A stretch of 64,000 bases of DNA from Selaginella moellendorffii (taxonomy: Eukaryota > Plantae > Lycopodiophyta): contig NW_003314268.1 of the NCBI RefSeq assembly GCF_000143415.4, positions 3,046,559 through 3,110,558 of the forward strand. Direction: 5' to 3'. Of the stretch, positions 61,932 through 64,000 are shown in pieces (position 1 is the stretch's first letter; every line of letters begins with the position of its first letter). A program made the translations under genes and the position numbers. The notes under the pieces are model-generated. The model worked only from the letters and a program-made list of their open reading frames with translations, was not told where the DNA came from and did not search any database.

Positions 61932-64000
61932 ACTATCCGTCCCTATGATGAGAATGCCGACTCATCCTTTGAGCACACCCTCAACTCCTTGGGTTCGTTC
62001 CAGCATTTATAAAAGGTAGGCTGCCCCAGCTACCATTTCGAGGGCTCTTGCCCTCATCCGTACTTGACCTCTCATGGTTATTATTTCCGGTCTCAAATTC
62101 ATGAGCACCAGCCTCAACTATGTGCGGATTATCTTGTGACTTCTTTATTATTTTGGAGTCTGCATTTTTCCCGTGATCCCAACTATAGTTGTTTACCACA
62201 ACTACCTTAGCTAGTTTGCTGAGTCAAACGCTCATCCAGATCACATCCTCAACTCTTTGAGGGAAATCTTATACCGTTCCCAAGATCCCGAAGTCATTCC
62301 CTTACTAGCCCTTTTCTATCCACCATATCGCTCACAAGTTCACACATGAACTTGAGTGGAGAGCCATGTCCTCTCGACGTGCTACTCCTCGAGGATAGGT
62401 CCATATCTAGGACCTTCCAATTCCAATACAAGTGGTGATATACTTGGCCACCAATAAGAGTTGGACTAAGGAACAACTCCGATACCAAGTTGTAAGCGAC
62501 TAAATTTTCCATTCTACTTTAGTCACTTAACCACACCTTTGACCACTTGGGGGAGTCTCATTCACAACCTCCTTAAGTCCAATTCAGGACTTGGGACTTG
62601 CTAGCCTCGAGGATGGCATCTATGCCACTCATCCCTTGCACTTAGTCCAAGTGCTCCACATGTCCAGTCCCAAGATCGACACCCAAAGGTACCACTGACA
62701 TATCGGCCCGTTACGCTAAGGCCATACCCATTCATCTTTGCCGCACTAGTGGTCCAATACCACTTGCATCACAATCCCATCTCTCCAAGATTGGGCCATT
62801 CGTCCACAAGTGGTCAACCCAGATCCACTCCTTAGCATCTTAATAGCCTTCCCCAATATCCCTTTGTCAGTTCCTACCAAGTCCCTTTTCTGTCCATGGC
62901 CATGTTTGCCGACACTGCCACTAGATCAAGGCCCACAGGCTCGACCACTAGGTCCTATGGTCCTCTGGGACTTCCTCACCATGTGACTGTATCCTTAGTC
63001 ACTACACTAGAGGACTGCTCCTCCTCCTTTCCCCCATTTGGGACTCTGGGGCAACGTTTCGGAACACCATGGGCCTACGCGAGCCCCGTGGGTACTCTCC
63101 CCACCTTCCGCCTTTAGGTGCTCTAGCCATGGGCTTAGAGCGAGGTTCCATTGAGCCACGCCTGGTATCCAAGTAGGTAGTGCCACCCACACTTGGACTG
63201 GGAGCATCGGCCAGTCGATCTCCCGGGGGAACTAGAGCCAGCTCTTGAACACTTGACCAAGCTACCCCACTTGTCGGTCTGTATTCACTCTAGTCTTGGA
63301 CTTCCTAATGGTCAGTTCATCACCCAACACTGGGTCCGGCCTTTCTGGGCCAAACTGGACTTTCCTGGCCAAATTGGCTCCACTGCAGTCCTCCCCCTTA
63401 CTATACTTTTGGAGCTCACCAAACCCCCCAGGGTCTGGGAGACGAACGATTTGGGCTTTCACCCTCTCAGACTCAAACTCGGACTCAGACTCGGACTTGG
63501 ACTCGGACTCAGACTCGGACTTGGACTCGGACTCAGACTCAGACTTGGGCTCGGGCTGGGTCTCGGCCTCAGTCTCGTCTTGGTCTCAGTCCCGGTCTCG
63601 GTTTCGGTCTCGGTCCCGGTCTCGGTCTCGACCTTAGACTCCATCTCGGGTCCTTCTCGGACTCCATCTCAGATTCCATCTCGGGTCCATCTCGGACTCC
63701 ATCTCGGTCCATCTCGGACTCCGTCTCGGTCCATCTCGGACTCCGTCTCGGTCCATCTCGGACTCCATCTCAAACTCCGTCTCGGTCCATCTCGGACTCC
63801 ATCTCGGACTCCACCTCGGACTCCATCTCGGACTCCGTCTTGGTCCATCTTGGACTCCAACTCAAGTCCATCTCGGACACTTCCACGTGTCATGTGTTGG
63901 TCCTTTTGGGTCCCTTTTTGGAGCCTCGCTTATTGCTCGCTTCGTGCTTGTTCCTCGAGCACTTTGTTGGGAGTTCCACTCCCGCTCTCGACCTTTCAAG

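Larger units (their letters stand above)
54950..64000 (-). mobile_element. Family-A LTR retrotransposon A2, non-autonomous. 3' LTR 56616-54950, 5' LTR >64000-62491
   Basis: Same termini as A1; PBS TGGTATCGGAGT at 62487-62476; PPT next to 56617; interior collinear with A1 minus ~650 bp. Confidence 0.92.

Overview
Eukaryotic plant nuclear DNA with GT-AG introns of only ~50-60 bp. The very compact introns suggest a lycophyte such as Selaginella, which is an inference. The backbone is three tandem copies of a ~14 kb patchwork unit (starts ~627, ~14399, ~44243). Each copy holds, in order: a decayed CACTA/EnSpm-like transposase, a PPR E-motif-like fragment, an unknown spliced minus-strand pseudogene, a PDF1B peptide deformylase pseudogene, a 5-exon class-3 (OBL1-like) lipase, an intronless very AT-rich secreted protein with a C-terminal bulb-type (GNA-like) lectin domain, a 3' fragment of a YY1-like zinc-finger gene, and an old truncated LTR element. 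Only copy 1 keeps an intact lipase and only copy 2 keeps an intact lectin gene. Superimposed are a three-level nest of non-autonomous LTR retrotransposons (26955-43453), a second family-A LTR element (54950->64000) carrying a nearly intact hAT transposon, a 298-bp TRIM, a 176-bp solo LTR, a micro-inversion and a long (AT)n tract. Best leads are a conserved, covarying multi-hairpin RNA domain with tRNA-like T-arms inside the coding-dead family-A retroelement, the compositionally anomalous chimeric lectin gene, and the gene-fragment mosaic unit itself. All alignments and counts were done by eye.
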